A stretch of 62,574 bases of DNA, counting the filler, from Nemertoderma westbladi (lineage: Eukaryota; Animalia; Xenacoelomorpha), in the NCBI GenBank assembly GCA_032718475.1. It is 3 parts of 3 records of this genome, joined end to end, with 100 filler letters (N's around TTAATTAATTAA, not from the genome) between each part and the next. Parts side by side here need not be neighbours in the genome. Positions count along the whole stretch, not along the records: positions 1 to 24,255 come from JAUCBJ010003727.1; 2 more parts are not named here. One strand, given 5' to 3'. The notes below the pieces were generated by a model, which was not told the DNA's origin, did not search any database, and saw only the letters and a program-made list of their open reading frames with translations. Below, one piece after another: positions 1 to 11,381 of this stretch (position 1 is its first letter; each line of letters starts with the position of its first letter). The translations under genes and the position numbers were made by a program.

Positions 1-2790
1 TGCAGCTACAAATGCAGTTTATTTCATGCAAAATAAGGGAATCCTGAACATTTTAACTTTATTTCATCACAATGATCACATTCAAAGATATTATGTGTAA
101 TGAATTTAATTTATCAAGTATCCATATTCCGAAGCTTTGATTGCTGGCTGGCTAATTTTAAAATTTCCTAGCAGCCTATTATATTGTCTTATTTATTAAG
201 ACGAATTTAAAAACAGTTTCATGGGCAGCAAGAAACTCAACCCATATGAGAATCATTTCTATCTGATTTTACGGTAAAGCTTTGACCCCGAGAATAATAA
301 ATGTTTTTTACATAAGATAATCAGTCCGGGTATATTGTCAGTCCCAAGAAGTGTTCATTCTCTGGGACCCATCTCTCTGTAAGATGCTACAGGGAGGGAG
401 AGGGGGGGGGGGGGGGGGGGGCTCTCAACGCTTGACCTTAATTAACAGTATCAGTATCATTAGTCCGATATGCATTTACTGTTGCGTCTACACTACACTA
501 TGGCATTTTAGCAATCCAGTAGTGTTGAGGGCACTACCAGTACCAGTAGCAGTATTGGGATGACCAACAAACATATAAATAATTGAATGTACTAATGATT
601 TTATAAAAAAAAAAATGCGAGCAAAGCAATTTTAATATGTGAACACCCGACTATAATATCCATCCACGGCCTTGTATCCACCGGCCACCCCATCGTCTCA
701 TGTGGCAGCAACAACTTACGATGTGGTTTCTGCTCTCTCTCTCTTTAGTTCCTCGGCCATTAGCGCAGTGATACGCAGTAGATGTAGCGACAATTCCCTT
801 TGATATATCAACGCAATTTATCTACAGAATGTTGCAATAAGCGGTGTGCCCACTATCATTACGGCATTAGGGTCTAGTTAAACAGATTCGCGATTGGATT
901 GCCGCAAACACCAAAGAGGGGAATTAATTTTGCGCAACAAGATTGCTTTGATTGTTGCGCTGCGTTTCAAATCTCTAAATTACCCCGGTGCAATCATAGG
1001 ATCAATAGTTCTCGCTGGCTATCCGCGAGTTATCTAATGCGAGGGTTCCCACACAGCTATTAAAGACGGCGTTTTTGTAATAATAACAATTGCCATATGA
1101 CTTTCATTAGTCGAGCAAAGAGTTTGGGGAAGCTTAAATCCCTCTAGTCGTGTGCGAGATACAGAGCCGGCAGTCCGGCAAACAACCAACAACATTGTAA
1201 CAACAGTTTTGTGGCGCAATTCTGGGCAAAATAGGAGATCTTTTAATTCGTTTAAAATTCTAGCCTTATATGCGATGTATATTTAGCAGTGAGGATTAAA
1301 TATAGATAGATGGGAAAACTCAACTGAAAATACAACTGGGCGGTGAAGTAAATAAACTTGTATTTATAGACATGATATATACGTTTAGAATTTTATTTAC
1401 GTATATAAGTTTATTTATTTAATCAGGTCAGATACATTTCATGGACAGTTCACGTCATGGTCACCGACAACGATATGGTGTATGATTTTGAATTTAGATC
1501 GTATATATAAGATATAATTATATTGGACATAGCTAGTAAGAAATAAAACACGACATTCATTAATTTTACATGGTGTGGTGAAAAAAATTTAAAAATTTTT
1601 ATCAACAATCTTGGATAATGTGGATTAAATTGGATGTGCCTATTCATCTTTGTATTATTGAAGTTAGCTATATTTTGGGTAGGCGGGAACTTTGAATTTT
1701 AAATTGTATATTATTATTGGTGTAATTGCTGCAATTATTCCGGTAGTGTTGGGATTAGGGTTTCTCCCTAAACAAACAGTAAGTTGATTGAATTCCTCAA
1801 CTTATTTGATATCAACATGAATGCTAACTCTATCAGAAACAAAATCTTGGACAATTTCAGATTGTTTTAGGATTATCTGCCTATGAGGCTACCAATTCGT
1901 GGCTGACCCCCCAACTTCCCTTTTACATTACACTATTGCTTTTTGTATTTCCATTTAAAAGAAAGGTTTTAAATTTGAAACAATCAAGTTTAATATTATT
2001 TTTTAAATTAATTACGAAACTGTATTATAATATTTGTTGACACCAAACAGCACACAAATTAGACAATATTTTAAAGTAAATAAACAAATGAGTATTATAT
2101 TTGCTTAAATTATATTTTAGGCCAATTAAAACAATTGCATGTAAGGATAACGCTCGTATTAGTGGTGGGAAGTAGCACTTTACATGGTTATATTTTACAC
2201 ATTGGAAGAATTAAATTAAACATTACAACACCCGGATCGGGGTGGGGGGTTACTGAACGCAATCAAACGTAATAAAAGAAATTAAATACTCATTCCATAA
2301 AAACATCGCAACCAATAAAGCCCTAGGAAATATATATGCGATCTAAAAAGTACTAATTTTTATTGGTTACATATCAATTGCAGCTAATTTATTGTACAAC
2401 CGATGTCAATCAAACGACATAAACTTCTCAGTAAAAAAATATACCCCTTACGTCATAAGACCAATAATATTTCGCACCAACAATTAAATACTATACATAA
2501 ACGCTGTAAAAAAAATACCCCAAACCACCGCAAATACGACATAAAATATCTAATATGTGTAATTTTAGTATCAGGAAATTGTATTTCCTTGTATATTTCC
2601 CAGAACAGCTGGGCCTATAATCTCTACGTAATGATGTTTTAAATCGTTTCTGGAAATTTACTTTATTATTTTTTTAGGAAATCTTATTTAATAAAAATAT
2701 AACTAACGTTGAACCTTATACTCTGTTTACAAAGTCTATAAGATAGGCAGTTATTAATGATTTAATTAATATTCAACGAAATATGATTGT

Positions 2791-5700
2791 TTAAAGTTTA
2801 TTAGCTACAGTTGTTGCTAATGAATGTACATTAAAGAATGTGGACTTCTCAGGCGATATTGGTGGTGTGTGGTGGAGAAACTTAGAGGGCGATTTACGTT
2901 TGGATAGGTCGATGGGCCCGCTGCTCTGTTCGAAAGGATTCGATACGAATCCATCACCCGGGGAAGTATTCGGAGTCAATAGGCCGTGGTGGAGGAAGTT
3001 CGGTCTCGTGTGATTCATCGAGAAGAGGCTTGAGGGATAGGGTTGGGAAGTGAAGTCCATCGGTCCGGTTGAGAATTGAGTCAGATAGGGGGACTTGGGT
3101 GATATGATACATCCCCCCGAGTAAGGGGGATTGTAGGGGGATTTAGGTGGAGAGAAACGTCGCCCTGACAACGTGGAGGTATAGGGGGACTTTGAGGATC
3201 TTATAAACGACCTGTTTTGAAGGGATTCGTTGGCGATCATTTGACGATGACGGCGTGTTACCGAAGACGCGCTCCGGTTCGCCATTATTCCTTGGGGTTT
3301 AACCACCCCCATCGTGTCGATGTATGCGCGTGGGGTGTCAGTGTGTTGGGTCTCACAGTGTCGTCGCAGATCCACTTTGCGTTGGAATGCTCGGTTGCAT
3401 AGCGTACAGGCGAAGGGTTTGTAACCTGTGTGTTTTCGCATGTGTGTAATAAGATTGGAACTTTGGCTGAACGACTTCCCGCAGACAACACACATATGTG
3501 GTTTTTCTCCTGCAATAAAAAAGATTTTGGAATAAACATTTTATGCAAGTGTAAGAATTGTGTAACTCGTAAACCCTTTCAAAATGAACATCTTAATAAA
3601 AGCACGCATTTTTTAACAAAGTGATAAACCTTTTTGATTTAAATAAATTTTCGTATTAAATATGATTATAGCAGACTAAACTAACTCTGACAAGAAATAT
3701 GCAAGAAATAACACACTGAATAGAATATGTAATAAATACCTGTATGTATGAAGGTGTGTTTCTTCATGTCACTCTTCTGGTGGAACCGTTTACCACAAAA
3801 TGGGCAAGGAAATGGACGAGTGTCTGAATGGATTAGAAGATGGGTAGACAAGGTTGATGATCTTTTGAAGCACTTTCCACATTGGTGACATGTATAGCTT
3901 CTTTCTGGAATACCTAAACATATAAATACCACGTGTAACAATGGCCATCTTTCTAAGTTTTGTAAAAGTTCACCAACCTACTCAGCAATTACCCACCCAC
4001 AAACACTAAATTACGCTCTCACAGTCACATCCTACCATTAATGCATAGAAATAGGTGACAACTTATGTGACATTCGGAAACTGTGAAGCCACATATGCTG
4101 ACACAACTTTGTATGAAAAGCTTTAAAGCTCGCACTGGTTTATTCATATACTAATTGGGAAGGGGGTCGAGTTCCAACTGAGTTTATATATCCCACATTC
4201 TGTTTGTTTGGTAGTGTCATTGCAAGGGGTAGTCGGAGAATAATCGCCCTGAGTCCACAAGGAAGCCCACCAGATGCTTCATAAGTTGATCAATTCAATC
4301 ATTACTTAATATAAATCGGCCCCTCTCCAATCTCAAGGCGTTTCTCATACCAAATTCAAGAAGACAATTTATTCTCTTTTGTGATTCTCTGTGATATTGA
4401 TTTTTTTAAGTGCCCGCCACAGTGCGTTATCCACTCAAAATTGGTGACAGCTTAGCAGAAATATAATGAGTAGTAGAGTTGCCTTGATAAAATACAGGAT
4501 TATATGATTGAAGATTTTTATATTGTAGTGCGCCGTGTAAATTAATACAAAAGAATTATTGCTCATTTCATTTACTCCTCGCACGACAATTTAAAGACTT
4601 AAAAACATATGGATAAATCTAGGGGGATTTTATTACATTTCATATTCAAATGTTTAAAACCTACCGCATGGTCTAGTGGTGAAATTGCTTTGCTTCTAGT
4701 TAGGAGGCCCCGGTTCGATCCCTTGACAGTGCTGCACCATTTGGGCAGTTTAGCCCAACACTATTCCGCAATGTTATTATGCTTATTATGCTTATTATTT
4801 TCCATGAACAAATATAACTAAACATGTTATATGTTAATAAAAATAACTTTATAATATTATACTCATACTAACCGGACTGGTGTAGATGTTTGTGTTGCGC
4901 TAGGGTCTCTGGTTGTCTGAATCCTTTGTTGCAAACATCGCAGTGCACTACCGGTTTCCCAGGTGATGAGGTATCGGATCTATCGTCAACGATGCTCCCT
5001 CCAGCTATTACATCCGGGTCCCTTACTGGCGATTCGGGGTAGTTTTTGTGTCGGAATTGAGGGTCGCTTGAGTTGGTGAGATGTTGTTGGTTGAGATGAA
5101 TCAGCCGTTTCTGGTATTCGTAAACGGCCGGGGGTACAGCCCCAACCAATGAGGGCCATAAGGGTAGCTGAGACGGGAAGTTGGTTGGCGGCGGGATTCG
5201 GGGTGGGTAGACGTGAGGAGGGTGGATAGGTGGGGGGTGTACGTGTAGAGGGTGCATGCGTGGGGGGTGCATGTGTTGTGGTTGAAATTGTGGTGGAGGA
5301 GGAATGGGTGGTTGAGGGTGGCGATTCCACGTTTGCTTCGGTTGTTTAGGCAGAAAATGAGTCGGACATTTGGTCGGAAATCTGATTGATTCCGGTGATA
5401 TCTGGGGATGTTTTCTGAAGATAAGAGTCTCTGGTGAACTGTCTTTCACTTTGACAGCTAACAGGTCGCGAATAGAAAACGCGTTATTTTTCTTAGAACT
5501 GCCGGAATCTGAAAAATTAAATTAAATGAATTCAATTGAATTTTATATTGGCAAGATTTTTGTCGAATGGACAAATATGTTTGTAATAATATGTAGGCTA
5601 TACAGTACACTTATATAACTGTTCGTTTGCAAATTCCAGCTAAAAACATTGTGTACATGATGATCTAGCAACGAATAATCACTTTTTATTTATTAATCAC

Positions 5701-6478
5701 TTATCAACTCTCTAACTTCTAGGCATAATAATAACTTACCAGCGACCATACCAACAACATCAATATCGTCTTCGTTACTATAGTTACTATAGCTTTCCCC
5801 GTTATCCACTGTAGATATTGAAGATGAAGTGATCAAACCTACGATACAATTAATTAGAACAACATTAATTAAGAAAACGATAAGAAAATAAATACGTGAT
5901 CTCCTTTCTGTTGTGTATACAATTAACTACAATAATAAGTGAATGAACCTGTTCTTGGCCTTCTTGGCGGCAGTTTTTTAAAATACCAGTAGTAATTCAT
6001 AAACCGGCATAGCATTCTAAATACACGCTGCATTGGGCTTGCCAATTGTAGATTGCATGGTGATGGAAAAATATTTTGGTTAAGCCGGCATAGCATCTCA
6101 ATGTGCAGCTTCAATGCAGCAGGTCGATTATAGATAGATTAATTCATGCAGGTGTGATAAATTTGATCAAAAAAACCTGCAAATAATCATACAGGTAAAA
6201 ACTTTGTGAAGTAGATTATCCAAGGGTTTATAACTTTTATAATAATTTTGTAAATATAATATTAAAATCATAGATTATATAGATGAAAACTATTATAGAC
6301 AATAGATAATAATTTACAATTTGCTTTTCTAATTAACACAAGGTCGGAATAATGACATGAATACCAACCGATACGTACCTTGTGGTAAGGAGCCGTTACT
6401 CTCTGTATCATTAGGTCGACTCCGGGGCTCATCTAGATTTGTAAGGTGTCGTATCGAAAACAGCTGACTATTTGCCAT
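2791..6478 (-). CDS. GFI1: Gfi1/Senseless/PAG-3 family C2H2 zinc-finger transcription factor, 5 coding exons, ~575 aa
   Basis: Exons 6379-6478, 5740-5838, 4873-5508, 3740-3913 and 2791-3509 have GT-AG sites, all phase 1, and join into one 1728-nt frame starting [12 protein letters not shown]. Five fingers include the diagnostic [56 protein letters not shown] and [11 protein letters not shown]. The finger exons are certain; the first two exons are my prediction. Confidence 0.92.
4663..4760 (+). mobile_element. Degenerate tRNA-derived (SINE-head) fragment in Gfi1 intron 3
   Basis: A-box-like TGGTCTAGTGG and B-box GGTTCGATCCC at tRNA-like spacing; no intact cloverleaf. Confidence 0.5.
6000..6140 (+). 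mobile_element. 3'-end remnants of the RTE family at 13098-16467, in Gfi1 intron 1
   Basis: AAGCCGGCATAGCAT...GCAGCTTCAATGCAGCAGGTCGAT resembles 16413-16463. Confidence 0.55.
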
Positions 6479-7093
6479 GGTCCAAAAAAACTAACATGCG
6501 CGGCAGACGAAAACCTCGTAAACGTTGCGGTGATCTAGTTTTAATGCAATGCTGTGTGATGCTAAAGTCACTTGGATTTATATCAAAGATCTGACATAAG
6601 TTGCATTCTCAGCAGCAATGTGCTGCACTAGTTTGTGATTGGCTGACTGCCAAAGACAAATTCTGCATAACTTCGTGATTGGATGATAGAAGAATGCTTT
6701 GCAGTTTTGCCTTAACTGGATGACTAAACAGCTCCTTCCTCATCGCCAATTCAGAAGAAATTAATAGGTTTAATTTATAATTAAAAATGTGGTTCGTGTG
6801 TGTATGATATCTCACGAGATACCATTACAATGACAAAGTTAAATTTTATAACAAATCTCAAAGTGGGATTTGATATAATAATTTCACTTTTTATTTCAGG
6901 GATTGGTGTTAAATAATTGGTAAAGATGAATATTATCCGATAAAAATGAGTAGCAGAGATTTCATGGACAAAGCATCAAACTTTTTAGGTCCCGCGGACA
7001 AGACTGTGATCATGTTACAGTTGTTCCACAAAGACAATTATAGTTACAAATGTGTCATCTACTAATTTATTAATATAATATATAGAGCCTATA

Positions 7094-7335
7094 AGCAAAA
7101 GCAAACAGTCGGCCGAAGCCGGAGGCGACCCGAAGGCTCCTCTTTCGATAGCTGCTACCCGAGGGTAGGGGTGGGCGCTACTCCTATCCCAAGATTTGCT
7201 CCCAGTTATTTAACTGGTACTCATTTTATCGACCCCAGTGGATGAAAGGCTGAGTGGACCCTGGCGGGGCTGAACCTACAACCATTAGATTGCAGGCCCG
7301 GCGCTCAACCAACTGAGCTACCCCGCCCTAAATTC
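7094..7335 (-). mobile_element. Full-length tRNA-derived SINE
   Basis: Minus strand has a tRNA-like head (GGTAGCTCAGTTGG...GGTTCAGCCC), a central CACTCAGCCTTTCATCC...GGTCGATAAAATGAGTACCAG block, and a hairpin-rich tail ending (TTTGC)n. 12-bp TSD ATAGAGCCTATA at 7082-7093 and 7336-7347. Confidence 0.88.
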
Positions 7336-8288
7336 ATAGAGCCTATAGTCACTTGTTTTCAATATATTGCAGCCGACTGTTGGCGGAGCGTTCACACCAG
7401 GTTTTAGTTAGGCTTCCTTACGCAGAACCCGGTATAAGGAATATATTTCATTCATAAAATTAGCTTTCTAAACTTTATGGAAATCTTTCTCACACGGTCA
7501 TGTGAATTTTAACTCATGCGAGCATGATTTATGAAACTCTCTTATTGGACAAAGTTATTAGCGTCATATATAACTTTGATCTACATAAAAAAAGAAACAA
7601 GATACTTTCAAATCGCTTTTTTTGTGTCAAAATATATCTTATACAGTAACATAGTGCAGTATATCTAATTTCAGTGGTATTGCCAAATGATAATCGTTTT
7701 CTTCTCGAAGCGTTGGAATTTATTACTGAATCCCACAATCGTAAAAACAAAATTGTTCAGTATAATAGTGTCAGGCGGCCAAGTCGAATTCTAGAATTTC
7801 GGTTCAATAAGAAACATACTAATGTGTGTTTGTTATTGTTAAAGTAATACTGAATGAGACTCTTTGGGGCCAGTTTGGGAACAGACAACGACCCAACGGC
7901 CATAAACATTTAACCAGTCCCCACAGCAATGCACTTTCAATATCCGATAAAAATCCGATATATTCCGATATGGATCTGTTTCAAAGGTTCGTGATGGTCA
8001 AACCTGTATTCTTCGGTGAACTCCTCAACTATGTTTATTTCACATACAATATAGCTATTACTTGACGATAGTGATGGACGAACTGGAACTACTACTCCTA
8101 CGGTACAGCTATAGGCCTACTGTAATATATTGGTACAGTTACAGTGTATTCATAATTATATATCTTGCGCTTGTGTGCTTATCTTGCTATAATTAAATAA
8201 TAATATTGAAGAGGTGTTTTCAACAAAAACTATTTTAAAATCAATTTACTTAGACGCTTTCTAAATATTATCTTAGCATCATGCTGTG

Positions 8289-8458
8289 TCGGACCTTCGT
8301 CCTGTGTTTCGGACCTTCGTCTTGAATTTTCGGACCTTCGTCCCGTCTTATTCGGACCTTCGTCCTTTTCGATCCTCCGTCGTGCAGTTTCGGACCTTCG
8401 TCTAAGGTGTTTCGGACCTCTGTCCCATTTTGACCTCCGTCCTATTCGGACCTGCATC
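8289..8458. repeat. Minisatellite, ~9 copies of TCGGACCTTCGTC with short variable linkers
   Basis: The core is visibly repeated about every 16-22 bp. Confidence 0.85.
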
Positions 8459-10980
8459 TCTAGTATTAGGTGTTTTGTTTTTTAATAAAATTGTAGATGG
8501 GGAGGGAGGTGGGGCTCTACACTATCAGGAGAGGTACATTTTCCACCGGAACATCTCATCAGTAAACTTAAGGAGAACGCAGCTGAAATTAAAGTCAACA
8601 TTCTATTATATTAAAGTCTAACTAAAGAGATAAGTTTTTATACAAACTTTACTTACCTTACTTTACTTACAGTACGCGGTTAGGTGCAACGTGCTGCTCA
8701 AACTATAAAATGATCAAGTTAAGGAAACCAAATGCAAACACACTTATCAATAAAGTACTTGTGGATCTTATTGAGCAAGTGCTGCTTGTGTTTGCGGTAT
8801 TATTGTAAAGTGTTTTGTCTTCACTATCTGCAAACAATAGACGATGATGACTCCACAGTTGTTTAATGTTTGTAAAGGGTCTATTGTACACAGGTGTCAT
8901 GTTGTCATTGTTAAGAAATTAGAAAATAGCTTATCTCGCTAATCTTAGTAAACATAGCTCATTATAATAATATACTCTTTTATGATATATGTGGCCGCAT
9001 GCGCAAAATATTACTATGTCATACCACGTGCCGGTGTGACGATAAAAAGTACTTAAAAAGCTAATAAACTTGTTATATTATAACAAGGATATTATATTTC
9101 AGTATTTTTTCCGGTGCGAGAAAAATACTTACCTTGAATTGCAATTGAATACATTGGGAAAAATACATTGGATATAATATTTTCACAGTGAAGTGTACCT
9201 ACCTCATGACATCGCATAGCCATACTGCCGCAGTAAATTTGGCAAAGGGTCAGTTACCCCCTAGTCGTACCTCAGTGAAGATTGATGAAGTAAAGCCTAA
9301 ATGTGTGAATTGAAAAACACCACGCCTTTTCTCAGTTACTAGACTGAAACTAATATATATATAATAGTTTAGATAGTTCAGACACTTCACCTCAGACAAT
9401 CCTCTTCAGACGACAGACAATTATAGGGTAGCTAAGGATCTCAGGTCAAATACGTTGATGGGCGTCCGGGTAAAATATCATCTGTATAAATAAATGCCCA
9501 ACCTTCATTCACAAATGCAATAACAATCTCACAGTCGCCTTCTTAAATAATATTGTCCATGAGTGAAGTAATTAAGACTGAATCAAAATCATACTGCGTG
9601 GGCCTAGAAACTACCATCATTATACTATGTTGATGAAGATTGCCTTAACGTTTTATAATGCAACGGTCCCAAAAGCCTTTCTAAAATACCTCCCTGAACA
9701 ATAAATTACCCAGTCACCAACCAACAAATGTGACCTTGCTCTATCTGATTTGTAATCTTGTCTTCCAATCAATGTTTTATAAAGGTTACAGCTTCTCCCA
9801 GGAGGGTTCCTCTCTCTCTCTCTCACAAAGATTCGCGAACATACTTGGATGGCCAACATCGACGATCAAGTTAATTTGAGTAATACGACTATGATGTTTA
9901 ATTATTAAAATCTCATCATGGTTCGCGGTTGTATTGCCTTCAATCATTCCCGACGTGTAAATTGCTAGGGCGGTTGTTTGTTAAGCCTGATTGGGATTGC
10001 GTTTCAGCTTTCTCATAACATTGCACTGCTTGAGCGCCCTGAGCTTAGGAATACATATTTATGTTTCACCTCCTCGGATGACATCATTTGATTTCCTGCC
10101 ATCGCTGTTGATACTGGATTCCTTCTAAGTGATTCCTAAATTTAAGGGGATTTCAAACTGACACATTTGCTGATATATAATTTATATACCCACTTATTGT
10201 CCACCAACACAATATGCCTGAACTTATCAACAGAAATAATATAAAGCAGCAGTAACCAGCATCTGTTTAGTTTTTCAACATAAGTATTCAGTCTTAACAG
10301 AGAAGCTGTTTCAATATTTTAGTATATTGAATAATATATTTCGTCAAAAAGAAAACTTGAAACATGAGATATGAGATATGAGATAACTTAGATGGTTTTT
10401 TAGGCGCGTAATGTGTTTCTCTTTATTCCTATAGAAAAAAACTTTATAATATGTTATTCAACTATAATCAACTGTCCAAATCCTGAAACTTAGCTAATCA
10501 AAATTATAAATAAAAACTCATGACAAAATCTCTTCTTATGGACAAGTAAGACAAACATAGGTTAATTATCATTGATATAATTCAATATAGATTTAGGATA
10601 TCGAGTACGTTGATTTCGTACTTTCATGTAAATTTTTGCAAAAGAAGATTCCGTTTTTATCGTCGATGAGGTGCAGTATATAGTATATGGGTGCAGGCTG
10701 GGAATTTTGGCAGAAAATAAATCGTGCTCTTTGGTTGGCAGCAGTTCCGTTTCGTATTCTATATCTTACAAATATATAATAAGTTACTACTAGGTTCAAA
10801 GAGTTGGTCCTATTTTTTAATCTTGTAATGTGCGTTAAACTTGGAGTTATGCTTCTTCTGAATGGTAAATATTTATCTGAGATAGGAAAAATATCAAATA
10901 TTGTCAAACATATTGTATCATCACCTATATTTGGAAATTAATGTAAGTCTAGATAGGCTTAATTACTCTTAAATATGTAT

Positions 10981-11381
10981 AAGTCTGATACACTAGCAGA
11001 TATGCCCAACTTCTACTGAATAAAGTCGAGAGGGCTGCTAAGGAGGTTGTATTGCATATTTATGTTACCAAGACAAAATTCATGACTGTGGGGCGGGCCA
11101 CGCAGTCAGGGTGAGACTTGGCACACAATTATATTTTGTAAATAGGGCAAAATTTAATGTCCGTTTGTCTGTCTGTCTGTCCGTCTGTAATGAAAAATTC
11201 ATTCGTAAACAACTTTTGAAGATTTAAACCATTTTCGCCCAAATTTTGTATGGGCATACTAAGAGAAAGGAGCATACTAGGCGGCGCCCCACGGACGTAT
11301 TAATGTTAATGTAAGCCTGACCACCATCGATAATAATCAACTAAGGAAGGTTGACGACTTCCAGTAGCTTGGATCATGGGA
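10981..11381 (+). mobile_element. Decayed RT fragment of the RTE family at 48006-50887, split by an insertion
   Basis: Flanks translate to ERAAKEV.LHI..TKT.FM and TTIDNNQLRKVDDFQ*LGSW, matching the 48239-48694 ORF. Confidence 0.8.
11087..11299 (-). mobile_element. Short non-autonomous element (Helentron/DINE-1-like), related to 24666-25290
   Basis: It interrupts the RTE fragment, carries the GTGGGGCG...CGCCCCAC inverted pair and a (GTCT)n microsatellite, and shares its end with 25195-25277. Confidence 0.65.

Noticed and set aside
700-1260. CpG-richer block with several ACAAT (Sox-like) words downstream of Gfi1
   Set aside because: Short words are common in AT-rich DNA, and no conservation data are available.
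4986-5330. Thr/Pro-rich alternative-frame ORF inside Gfi1 exon 3
   Set aside because: Shadow frame of the Pro/His-rich coding region with no independent support.
7262-7330. tRNA gene
   Set aside because: It is the head of a TSD-flanked SINE and lacks a proper acceptor stem.
8289-8458. Mini-CRISPR, and ORF 8230-8457
   Set aside because: Linkers are only a few bases long, and the ORF is the translated repeat.
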